A stretch of 64,000 nucleotides of DNA from an uncultured Planctomycetia bacterium (GCA_964642015.1 CAZXLF010000003.1:36204-100203); one strand, 5' to 3'. Numbered from the stretch's first letter, positions 1-8,172 are shown. The notes: generated by a model not told the origin, from the letters alone. Numbers and translations are program-made.

Positions 1-1
1 C

Positions 2-1435
2 GATTATGATGTGGACGGTATCACGGGAAGTTCTATTCTTTATCCGGTATTGAAAGATCTTGGCGCGGATGTTGAGGCGTATATCCCTCATCGCATTGAC
101 GAGGGTTACGGTTTGAATCTGGAAGCGCTTGAAAAAGCCGTTAAAAAAGGTATTCGGCTTGTGATCACGGTCGATAACGGGATAACCGGCTACGAGCAGA
201 TCAAATTTTTAGCCGATAAAGGCGTGGATTCGATCATCGTGGATCATCACTTGCCCAAAGAAAAGGTCCCGCCGGCTTTTGCGATCATCAGCTCGGTGAT
301 CGATCAAAAAGGGGATGGAAATCTTGCGGCCTGCGGTCTTGCGTTCAAGCTGGTTTGGGCGCTAAAAGGAAGTTTTGAAGCGGTGAAGGATTCTCTGGAT
401 CTTGTAACGGTGGGCACGATCGCCGACATTGCGCCGGTTACCGGTGAAAATAGAGTGCTCCTCAAATACGGTATACCGATTCTGGCAAAAACAAGGCGTA
501 TGGGTCTGCGAGCACTGATGAACCAAGCCGGGATCGGTTATTCGAGGATAAGTTTCCGTGATATTGGTTTTGGTCTTGGTCCGCGCATCAACGCTTCCGG
601 ACGCATGGGCTCTCCGGAAACAGCGTTCAAATTGCTTACTACCAATAATCCTATCGAAGCTGAAAATCTAGCTCAAATTCTTGAAGAAGATAATAAGGAA
701 AGACAGCGCGTAGAATCAAACGCTTACGAAGAGGCCCTGGAAAGGATCGAGATGGATGCTTTTCAGTCTCAATGCAAAGTGATCGTGCTGGACAGTGAAA
801 ATTGGCACGAAGGAGTATTGGGCATTGTGGCCTCAAGGGTTGTGAATCGCTATCAGAAGCCGTCCATTGTGATATCAAAGCGGGCAGGTATGGGTAAAGG
901 TTCCGGCCGTTCAGTGCCTTCGTTTTCATTATTTGAAAATGTATTGGCATGCGAAGAGCTTCTCGAAACGTTCGGAGGGCATGCGCAGGCCTGCGGCTTG
1001 ACGATCAAGGAAGAAAATATTCAAAAATTCAGAGCAAAGGTCAATGCAGTTGCGGACCAAAAAGGAGGCTCCTTAACGATCGATCCTGAGCTGGTCGTTG
1101 ATTCGGAGGTCGCGTTGCCCGACATTGATCTGAAATTCGTTCAGGATCTTGAAAAACTTGAGCCGTTCGGCCCGGGCAATAAAAAACCTGATTTTTTGAC
1201 AAGGGGTGTTTATATAAAAAGCCCTGTCCGAAAAAAGGGTAAAGACACCCTGCATTGTTGGATCACGGACCGGGAAGGAAAAGTTACCTGTGAGATGGTC
1301 GGTTTCAGAAAGTTCGATCAATGGGCCGGACGCAAACACAGCGGCTCATTGGATATTGTGCATCGGCCTTCAATTAAAGATTTTAACGGGATACTGACTA
1401 TTCAGCTTGACCTGGAGGATTGGAAGCTCCGGTGA
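2..1435 (+). CDS. recJ: Single-stranded DNA exonuclease RecJ (5'-truncated by the window edge)
   Basis: Frame is open from base 2 (DYDVDG motif); also GYGL, TVDNG, DHH, PRINASGR and GGHAQACG motifs. Confidence 0.96.
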   Translation, partial: DYDVDGITGSSILYPVLKDLGADVEAYIPHRIDEGYGLNLEALEKAVKKGIRLVITVDNGITGYEQIKFLADKGVDSIIVDHHLPKEKVPPAFAIISSVIDQKGDGNLAACGLAFKLVWALKGSFEAVKDSLDLVTVGTIADIAPVTGENRVLLKYGIPILAKTRRMGLRALMNQAGIGYSRISFRDIGFGLGPRINASGRMGSPETAFKLLTTNNPIEAENLAQILEEDNKERQRVESNAYEEALERIEMDAFQSQCKVIVLDSENWHEGVLGIVASRVVNRYQKPSIVISKRAGMGKGSGRSVPSFSLFENVLACEELLETFGGHAQACGLTIKEENIQKFRAKVNAVADQKGGSLTIDPELVVDSEVALPDIDLKFVQDLEKLEPFGPGNKKPDFLTRGVYIKSPVRKKGKDTLHCWITDREGKVTCEMVGFRKFDQWAGRKHSGSLDIVHRPSIKDFNGILTIQLDLEDWKLR

Positions 1436-1685
1436 CGGGCTTCTTCCAAGTCCTTTTGGGTGCTCGCGTGACCAGGCCTTTTTTAATATAAGAAGCCGCG
1501 ACGCGCACCTTCTTGACCGTGCCATTTTCCACGATCTTTACGGATTGAAGGTTCGGCATAAAGCGGCGTGTCGTGATGCCGGTCGTTTTCAAGCCGATAC
1601 CACCGGATTTTTTGGCGATACCGCGACGGGTGATTTTCTTGCCAAGATGAGGTTTTTTTCCTGTAAAATAACAAACTCTGGACAT
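1398..1685 (-). CDS. rpmB: 50S ribosomal protein L28, PVC-type
   Basis: MSRVC..TGK, RRGIAKKSGGIGLKTTGITTRRFMPNLQ; GGAG RBS upstream on - strand; overlaps the recJ 3' end by 38 nt. Confidence 0.93.
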   Translation of the reverse strand: MSRVCYFTGKKPHLGKKITRRGIAKKSGGIGLKTTGITTRRFMPNLQSVKIVENGTVKKVRVAASYIKKGLVTRAPKRTWKKPVTGASNPPGQAE

Positions 1686-1728
1686 CGAATCTCCTTTTGA
1701 AGAAAACGTAATCTATCATGATTTAAAG

Positions 1729-3951
1729 GTGAAATCAAGCGAAACTTTGACTCAACCGATCACGTTAAAAACTCCTCTGCAGTATTTGAAAGGCGTGGGC
1801 CCTGAGCGCTCAAAGACGCTGGCGCGGTTAGGGCTTTTCACGATCGAGGACGCGCTGTATTTTTTTCCCCGGCGTTACGAAAACCGTTTTCCCATCAAGA
1901 AAATCTCGGAGATCTCATTAGAGGATAAAGAATGCGTCGCGGGTTATGTGCAGAGCCGTGGGCTTATCCGCACCAGGCACGGGCAGACTATTTTCAGGGC
2001 TGTGCTGTCCGATGGCCCGGCGGCTCAGAGTTTATCAGCATCGAGATTGTTCGGCGTCTGGTTCAACCAGCCGTATCTCGGCAAGGTCATCTTGCCAAAG
2101 GCCAAGGTGGTATTTTACGGAAAGGCAGAGAGGGAAGGGCGTCATTTCCAGATGACCCATCCTGAATACGAGATTCTGACAGCGGATAACGGTTCGCAAA
2201 CGGTCCATTCGGGAAGGATCGTGCCGATCTATCCTTTGACCGAAGATCTCAGCCAAAAAGGGATCAGACAGCTTATCTTTCGCGTGCTTGCCGAGTATTT
2301 AAAATTAACAAAGGACCCTCTGCCGTTTTCATTTAGAAAGAGACTGAACTTTCAGGATCTGGCAACATCGATACGGCAGATCCATTTTCCGGCCGCGGAG
2401 GCGGACCGAAAACGCGCCTACGAAAGACTCGTCTTCAATGAATTTTTCTTTCAGCAGCTTATCGTCCAGATGAAGAAAGCGGAGCTTCAAAAGAAGAACG
2501 CGCTGATCTCTCACCAGGGCGGTGATGAAAAGGTCGCCGAGCTTGTGGAGTCCATCGGTTTTCAGCTCACAAAGGGCCAGCAAAACGCGATACAGGACCT
2601 GATCGGCGATATGAAGAAAGACCGGCCGATGAACCGCCTGGTCCAAGGGGATGTCGGAAGCGGAAAAACGATCGTGGCCGCCGCGGGATTGGTATTCACG
2701 GTAGCAAACGGATTTCAAGGCGCTTTGATGGCTCCGACTGAAGTGTTGGCGCAGCAGCATTATTTTAATTTAACCCAAGCCCTGGAACCTCTGGGCATCG
2801 TATGCGGTTATCTTGCGAATGACCTGGCTCAGGTGGATAAACAGAAAGTTTTGAACGGCATCGCCGATGGAAGTGTCCAGGTCGTCGTCGGTACGCATTC
2901 GTTGATCCAGGAGAATGTCCGGTTTAAAAATTTAGGTCTCGCTGTCATCGACGAACAGCACAAATTCGGGGTGTTTCAGCGCGCGGCGCTGAAGGAGAAA
3001 GGATTGGGCGGGTCGTCCGCCACTAAAGCGTCGGCGGATGCGTCTGGCTCGCCTTCGGTGAGCAGCGCACATTTTTTATTGATGACGGCTACGCCGATTC
3101 CGCGCACGCTGGCATTCACGCTCTATGGAGACATGGATATTTCCGTCATGGCCGAGCTGCCGAAAGGCAGAAAGACGATCAAGACTTTCTGGGTCGGCGA
3201 GAATAAAAGAAAAGAGATCTATGATCTTTTAGATTCGCAGGTCGCAAAAGGCGGACAGGGCTACGTGATCTGTCCGCTGGTCCTCGCCACAAAGCGTGGC
3301 GAGTCCGCCGCGGTTTCTGGCGGAGATGATAGAAAAGCACTAAAGAGTGCTCTCGAAATCTATGAGGAGCTTTCAAAAATATTTTCTCACCGCAAGGTGG
3401 GATTGCTCCACGGGCGCATGAGAAGCGACGGAAAGAAAAAGGTCATGCAGGATTTTAAGGATAAAAAGATAGATATCCTTGTGTCGACGGTCGTGATCGA
3501 GGTCGGCGTGGATGTGCCGAACGCGAATGTGATGATCATCGAAAACGCGGACCGGTTCGGGCTCGCCCAACTTCACCAGCTGCGCGGACGCGTGGGGCGC
3601 GGCACGGAAGAATCGACGTGCATCCTGTTCTCAGACACCGTAAATCCCGAGTCGATGGAACGCTTGAGCGCTTTTGAATCCATGCAAAGCGGATTCGATA
3701 TCGCCGAAAAAGACCTGAGCTTGCGCGGAGCGGGCGACATCGTCGGAGAAAAACAGCATGGCCTGCCGAACCTGCGCATCGGCGACCTGTCAAAGGACAT
3801 CCATATCCTGATCAAAGCCAAGAACGAGGCCGTCCGGATAGTGGATAAAGATCCTCTGCTCAAGTCATCCGAAAATCAGGCGCTTAAATCCGCTCTTCGG
3901 GAAAAATTTTCTCTGCCCTCGAATAAAGAAATGGCCGTTTACGCGTCATGA
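1729..3951 (+). CDS. recG: ATP-dependent DNA helicase RecG, with small in-frame insertions
   Basis: LKGVGP, QGDVGSGKT, DEQHKFG, MTATPIPRTL, QLRGRVGRG motifs. Confidence 0.97.
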   Translation: MKSSETLTQPITLKTPLQYLKGVGPERSKTLARLGLFTIEDALYFFPRRYENRFPIKKISEISLEDKECVAGYVQSRGLIRTRHGQTIFRAVLSDGPAAQSLSASRLFGVWFNQPYLGKVILPKAKVVFYGKAEREGRHFQMTHPEYEILTADNGSQTVHSGRIVPIYPLTEDLSQKGIRQLIFRVLAEYLKLTKDPLPFSFRKRLNFQDLATSIRQIHFPAAEADRKRAYERLVFNEFFFQQLIVQMKKAELQKKNALISHQGGDEKVAELVESIGFQLTKGQQNAIQDLIGDMKKDRPMNRLVQGDVGSGKTIVAAAGLVFTVANGFQGALMAPTEVLAQQHYFNLTQALEPLGIVCGYLANDLAQVDKQKVLNGIADGSVQVVVGTHSLIQENVRFKNLGLAVIDEQHKFGVFQRAALKEKGLGGSSATKASADASGSPSVSSAHFLLMTATPIPRTLAFTLYGDMDISVMAELPKGRKTIKTFWVGENKRKEIYDLLDSQVAKGGQGYVICPLVLATKRGESAAVSGGDDRKALKSALEIYEELSKIFSHRKVGLLHGRMRSDGKKKVMQDFKDKKIDILVSTVVIEVGVDVPNANVMIIENADRFGLAQLHQLRGRVGRGTEESTCILFSDTVNPESMERLSAFESMQSGFDIAEKDLSLRGAGDIVGEKQHGLPNLRIGDLSKDIHILIKAKNEAVRIVDKDPLLKSSENQALKSALREKFSLPSNKEMAVYAS
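3014..3063. repeat. Double-hairpin palindromic element inside recG
   Basis: CGTCCGCC/GGCGGATG (3014-3040) and GCTCGCC-TTC-GGTGAGC (3047-3063); encodes a Ser/Ala/Gly-rich insertion. Confidence 0.7.
3283..3324. repeat. Second double-hairpin palindromic element inside recG
   Basis: CTCGCCAC-AAAGC-GTGGCGAG (3283-3303) and TCCGCC/GGCGGA (3304-3324); shares a GCCAC(T)AAAGCGT(C)GGCG core with the 3014 copy. Confidence 0.7.
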
Positions 3952-4496
3952 AGATCTTGACCGGCCGCCTTCGCGGAAGGACCATCAGCTATAAACCAAA
4001 AACTTTTTTACGGCCCACAGCGGATAAGGCAAGAAAAGCGATCTTTGATATGCTTCAGGGGCAGTTTGAAGGCAAAAAAGCGCTCGATCTTTTTAGCGGC
4101 ACCGGCGCTTTGGGTTTTGAGGCGTTCTCTCAGGGCGCGGAACATGTGACCTTTGTTGAAATAGACAGGCCGCAGGCACGCGCGGTACAAGAGGACCTGA
4201 AAAAACTCGGTTTTCAAGAAAAAGCGGAGATCGTTATCGCCGATGCTATCACTGCGATCCAGAGATTCTCGCGCGAAGAAAGAAAATTCGATTTTGTACT
4301 TCTCGACCCGCCCTATGAGCAGGGATTGGGTGAGCGGACGCTGACGGAGCTCGCGAAGTCAAAGGTGCTCGAAAAGGACGCGTTGGTCATTTACGAATGC
4401 AGAGAGTCGAAAGATTCGCCGGAAATAGACGGCTTTGAATGTATCAAAGACAAAGTGTACGGCGATACGCGGATCTTGATCTATCGGTGCGCTTAG
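3948..4496 (+). CDS. rsmD: 16S rRNA m2G966 methyltransferase RsmD
   Basis: RPT, LDLFSGTGALG, DPPY and YGDT motifs; ATGA overlap with recG. Confidence 0.94.
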   Translation: MKILTGRLRGRTISYKPKTFLRPTADKARKAIFDMLQGQFEGKKALDLFSGTGALGFEAFSQGAEHVTFVEIDRPQARAVQEDLKKLGFQEKAEIVIADAITAIQRFSREERKFDFVLLDPPYEQGLGERTLTELAKSKVLEKDALVIYECRESKDSPEIDGFECIKDKVYGDTRILIYRCA

Positions 4497-4499
4497 TCT

Positions 4500-4541
4500 G
4501 TCATCGCGAGCGTGGGGTGAAGTCCGTGGCGTGGCGATCTC
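4500..4541. repeat. REP-like palindromic repeat, left-arm type (GTCATCGCGAG...GGCGATCTC)
   Basis: Degenerate reverse complement of 10857-10913. Confidence 0.55.
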
Positions 4542-4605
4542 GGCAGCGTAGCTGCTGCGGAAGTCACTCTCTGGCGCGGATTAATTTTTATAAATAGCCG
4601 GCTGT

Positions 4606-4634
4606 TTGACATTCCCGTACCGCGGAGTTAACCT
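4606..4634 (+). promoter_or_regulatory. Sigma70 promoter
   Basis: TTGACA-17nt-TAACCT; ATG of the next gene follows 8 nt later. Confidence 0.7.
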
Positions 4635-4642
4635 ATCCGCCT

Positions 4643-5146
4643 ATGAAGAAGAGCGTATTTTTCATGTTCCTCATGATAGGCGTGTCCATTTCAGGTGTTT
4701 CTTTCGCCGCCGGCTCCATCAAAACGGCTGACATTCAAAAGGTAAATTTGGGTGATACGGTCAAGCAGGTCACTCGAAAGCTGGGCGAGCCCCGAGAGGT
4801 TCTCGCGAAAGAAATGACGCCTGACGGCAAAGAGCAGATCACCTGGCGTTACGAAGTGGTTCCGGATCAGCCCAGGAACCGGGTGAATCCTTTCAGCGCG
4901 CTCGGCGGTTTTATCTACACGCCTCCGCATGCGGATGAACACGGCTTCTACCACCAGGGCAGTATCGCGGGCGGTCTGCTTGGTGAATCTCCCGGTGAGG
5001 CGGCGGCGAGCCAACAAGCCTACTATAATAGTCCGCAAGGTCAGGCCGAGAGAGCCCGCGCGCTGGCGCAGCCGTCTAAAGCAAACTGTGTGGTTGTTTT
5101 CACGAACGGCAAGGTGTCGAGCATCAAAAAACAAGAAACGAATTAA
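4643..5146 (+). CDS. Exported hypothetical protein with an SmpA/OmlA(BamE)-like signature
   Basis: Signal peptide; V.LG.T..QV...LGEP...W.Y and C-terminal VVVFTNGKV; promoter before and terminator after. Confidence 0.65.
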   Translation: MKKSVFFMFLMIGVSISGVSFAAGSIKTADIQKVNLGDTVKQVTRKLGEPREVLAKEMTPDGKEQITWRYEVVPDQPRNRVNPFSALGGFIYTPPHADEHGFYHQGSIAGGLLGESPGEAAASQQAYYNSPQGQAERARALAQPSKANCVVVFTNGKVSSIKKQETN

Positions 5147-5162
5147 ACCTCTTTCTTCGGTC

Positions 5163-5192
5163 GCCGTCAGCGCAAAACGCTGGCGGTTTTTT
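5163..5192 (+). terminator. Rho-independent terminator
   Basis: CCGTCAGCG-CAAAA-CGCTGGCGG followed by T6. Confidence 0.8.
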
Positions 5193-5258
5193 GATTTTGG
5201 GAGCAAAATATCTATTCATATAAGTATCGGGACAAGACGCGGTAAATATCACTGAGCA

Positions 5259-5708
5259 ATGGCGATTCGAATTAAACCAAATAAACGGCAGGTAGCCTCT
5301 TTTATCCTGGCGAGCCTGCTCTTGGCCCTAAACTTCACGATGCACTACGGCGTATGGAAGCAGGTGCGGGGCTACAACTTGGATAAGACGCGTTATGAAA
5401 AGCTTGCCCTCGCTTATCATCTGGGCGGGGACACCGGCATCAATTATGAGCTCAATAATCTGGCGAAACACGATCCGTCGGCCGCTGATTTTGTCAGCAG
5501 GACTTCCGCCGAGATCAGGGAAGCAAAAGATGTGCGGCAATTTATCCGCTCATCGATGGCGGCGGACCGCGATAAAATAAATCATTTAAAAAAGAACCGT
5601 CTTATTCTGTCCGGAGTCATTTATTTTGTATTGGCCTGCCAAGTCTTACTGAATGCCAGGCATTGGTGGAAGGATAACCGGCATCACTTTCAAAAGGCTG
5701 TTCAGTAG
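5259..5708 (+). CDS. Hypothetical membrane protein (two TM segments flanking a soluble loop)
   Basis: 149 aa ORF with hydrophobic stretches near both ends. Confidence 0.6.
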   Translation: MAIRIKPNKRQVASFILASLLLALNFTMHYGVWKQVRGYNLDKTRYEKLALAYHLGGDTGINYELNNLAKHDPSAADFVSRTSAEIREAKDVRQFIRSSMAADRDKINHLKKNRLILSGVIYFVLACQVLLNARHWWKDNRHHFQKAVQ

Positions 5709-5729
5709 AACCGCGCTGGAAGGCGGCCG

Positions 5730-5816
5730 ACAAACAGATAGCCTATCGGACACGATGGGGCGCAAAGCCGCAGGCCCTCACTTAATAAGATCCGAGCAGG
5801 ACAGCTGGGTTGCCAA
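5730..5816 (+). ncRNA. GEMM-I (c-di-GMP-I / cGAMP) riboswitch-like aptamer with atypical P2
   Basis: CTATCG-GACA-CGATGG hairpin, then GGCGCAAAGCCGCAGG...GGACAGCTGGGTTGCC matching the GEMM-I core. Confidence 0.65.
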
Positions 5817-5841
5817 AAAAATTCCCCTTTTTCCCTGCGAC

Positions 5842-5870
5842 CCTTTTCTTCTCATGAAAAGGATTTCTTT
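5842..5870 (+). terminator. Hairpin enclosing ATG 5854, possible riboswitch expression platform
   Basis: CCTTTTC/GAAAAGG stem followed by ATTTCTTTT. Confidence 0.4.
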
Positions 5871-6538
5871 TATTCTGAGGATTTATAATAGATATGCCTT
5901 TTAAAAATGTTTCCATGTGGACAATTCCAGTCTCGCCTAGTGCGTTAATTGGTATTGCAACGTGGTCGTTGAGGATGGAACAAAAGCTCTCTGGCGCGCA
6001 GGCGGCGTACCAGCTGGTCGGGTCTTTCTGCAATGAAATAAGGCACGTTTTACTCCGATGGGTCCAAACTCTTTGTTTGGACAACCGATGACACAAGCCC
6101 GGCAAATCACACGATCTATACGGTACATGTATCACGCGGATACCTTATTGAGAATTCCAAAAAAGAACCTGGCGAAAATCTTTTTTCTGAAAGTCTAGAT
6201 CGTTCCGTTACATCCATGATAAGAACGAAAGTCAATGGCAATCCCCTAAGGATACTGAATCCAAGCATGCCGGCGATTGCAAAGACAAAGCGCTATGGCT
6301 TTACAGTGAGCTGAAAAAAAACGGTTACTGGAATGTCCGTTTAGTCGTAGGCAAATATAGAAGTTTTGACAGATCTTTTCATGCTTGGTTGTGGTACACA
6401 GATGATTCAAATATCACTTATTTACTCGATCCCACGATCCAGAAAAAAGTGTGGGAATTAAAAGACATGGAAGACGGCTTCTACAAGCCGGCCTATTCAT
6501 TCAACGGCGATAACAAATACCGATATGCAGTTTCTTAA
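5854..6538 (+). pseudogene. Disrupted transglutaminase-like cysteine protease (BTLCP/LapG-like); catalytic frame 6191-6538 intact
   Basis: 6191-6538 reads WQSPKDTESKHAGDCKDKALWLY...VRLVVGK...HAWL...YLLDPT...YKPAYSFNG (Cys/His/Asp triad). In-frame TGA at 6188 and no start codon upstream of the triad. Signal-peptide-like start MKRISFIL at 5854 ends early; the 5' boundary is inferred. Confidence 0.7.
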
Positions 6539-6633
6539 TTTATCTCTCCAACCAAACGGTCGTTCCCTAGCATCTATTCATTCCGCGGCTAGTTGTGCTA
6601 ATCTAAAAGTAGATTATTTTATAAAGGAGAATC

Positions 6634-6735
6634 ATGAAAAAAAGTAAAAGAAGGAAAGAGTGGCTCCTTGTTCTAAGAGACGTAGCAAAAATAGTCACTG
6701 GTCTAGCCTCAATGGCCAAACTGTTTTGGAAGTAA
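6634..6735 (+). CDS. 33-aa cationic amphipathic small protein MKKSKRRKEWLLVLRDVAKIVTGLASMAKLFWK
   Basis: AAAGGAGA RBS just upstream of ATG; extended -10 TG-C-TAATCT at 6596-6604. Confidence 0.55.
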   Translation: MKKSKRRKEWLLVLRDVAKIVTGLASMAKLFWK

Positions 6736-7002
6736 AACCAAAACTTTATACATTAACCGGAACGTCGCTAAAGAGAGTTTTAAGCGAGGCTATGACTTAT
6801 GAGAGGTTTTGGGTTGGACTCTAATTGTTATAAAACAACCGTACATAAAGCAGCGGTTGGCAAAGTAGAAGGTTAATAGTGAAAGTGTAAATAAGTATGA
6901 ATATGCTCACATAATTTTTTGAATATTATTTTGCTTTCCTCCCAATGCAATCTTAAAATAACATATACGATGTCAAATAGACTGTATGCATGAAAAATTA
7001 TT

Positions 7003-7030
7003 AGACCCAGGAGAGATCCTGGGTTTATTT
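7003..7030 (+). terminator. Hairpin plus T-rich tail immediately upstream of the PEP-CTERM gene RBS
   Basis: AGACCCAGG-AGAGAT-CCTGGGTTT then ATTTATTT. Confidence 0.5.
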
Positions 7031-7044
7031 ATTTGGAGCTAACA

Positions 7045-8106
7045 ATGAAAAAATTAAACCTCTTTATTTTTATTTGTTCCATCTTTTTTAGTAATTGTGC
7101 GCACGCAAATGAATATAAAGTCACAGACCTTGGAGCTTATGATCAGCCACAAGATATTAATTCTAACGATGAGATCGTAGGGTTATCTTCTACATCAATT
7201 TCTCATTCTCCTGCTTATCCCTTTTATTGGTCCTCAACCTCTGGATTTAAACAATTACCAAGCAATGGAGATACTGGCCAAGCACTAGGAATAAATGATG
7301 CGGGAGTAATAGTTGGTGTAACTAGCTCAGTAAGTAAACCTGTTTATTGGTTAAACTCGTCAGCGCCCATTTCTAGTTTCAATTACGATAACGGCGGAGC
7401 GGCATTTAAGATAAATGATAATAATCAAACTACAGGATTTATTGGTGCAGGCTCCCCGCATCCGAATAATGCAGCCTTTTGGCCTAGCCTGACAAGTAAG
7501 GCGACTTTAATACCTCCAACGGGAGGCAGTTATAGTGGCGGTTCTGATATTAATGAATCGGGAGTTATATCAGGCTCAACAAATTATTCAACTAACACGG
7601 GTCTATATCATGCGATGTATTGGAATGGATCAATTCATGATATTGGATCATTAGGTGATTCAGGTGATAGTTACTCTAGCGCAATTAATGATTCAAATAA
7701 AATAGCCGGTTTGTCCAAGAACGCCGCAGGCTATTATCATGCATTCTTTTGGGATGGATCAACGATGACGGATTTGTTCCCATTAAGCACTAAAGCCTCT
7801 GTCGCAGCGGATATAAACAATCACGATCAAGTTGTTGGAACAGATAAGGATTTAGAAGCATTTATTTGGGATTCCAAAAATGGAGTTCGTTCAATTTCCA
7901 CGCTGGTAACAAATCCGAACAATTGGGATTTTCAATCTGCATACGCAATCAATGATCGAGGAGACATTGTTGGCTTTGGCACATTCAATGGTGTCGAGCA
8001 TGGTTTTCTTTTAACTGTTACGCCCGAGCCGTCCTCAATGCTTCTTTTTGGTATAGGTGGAGTCGCTTTATTATTAGCACAGAGAAAAAGGAGATACGTA
8101 AAATAA
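7045..8106 (+). CDS. PEP-CTERM sorted extracellular protein with HAF-family repeats
   Basis: Signal peptide; repeats A..IN..G.IVG and HAF.W; C-terminal TPEPSS + TM + RKRR; GGAG RBS favours ATG 7045; AT-rich. Confidence 0.9.
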   Translation: MKKLNLFIFICSIFFSNCAHANEYKVTDLGAYDQPQDINSNDEIVGLSSTSISHSPAYPFYWSSTSGFKQLPSNGDTGQALGINDAGVIVGVTSSVSKPVYWLNSSAPISSFNYDNGGAAFKINDNNQTTGFIGAGSPHPNNAAFWPSLTSKATLIPPTGGSYSGGSDINESGVISGSTNYSTNTGLYHAMYWNGSIHDIGSLGDSGDSYSSAINDSNKIAGLSKNAAGYYHAFFWDGSTMTDLFPLSTKASVAADINNHDQVVGTDKDLEAFIWDSKNGVRSISTLVTNPNNWDFQSAYAINDRGDIVGFGTFNGVEHGFLLTVTPEPSSMLLFGIGGVALLLAQRKRRYVK

Positions 8107-8129
8107 TCATTACCTCATGTAGACTGAAC

Positions 8130-8172
8130 CCCGTCCGAATAGCCTAAAAAGGGACGGGTTAGGCTATTTTTC
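8130..8172 (+). terminator. Terminator with interlocking (pseudoknot-like) stems
   Basis: CCCGTCC/GGACGGG and AATAGCCTAA/TTAGGCTATT followed by a T-rich tail. Confidence 0.6.

Noticed and set aside
5782-6135. ORF-track calls 5653..5904, 5782..6135, 5894..6091 and 5937..6128
   Set aside because: No recognisable motifs or RBS; better explained as riboswitch sequence plus fragments of the decayed protease gene.
6188-6190. TGA as a recoded codon (Sec, Trp or Gly) in the protease gene
   Set aside because: TGA ends many clear genes in this window, another in-frame TGA lies at 6149, and no SECIS-like context is evident. A frameshift or decay is simpler.
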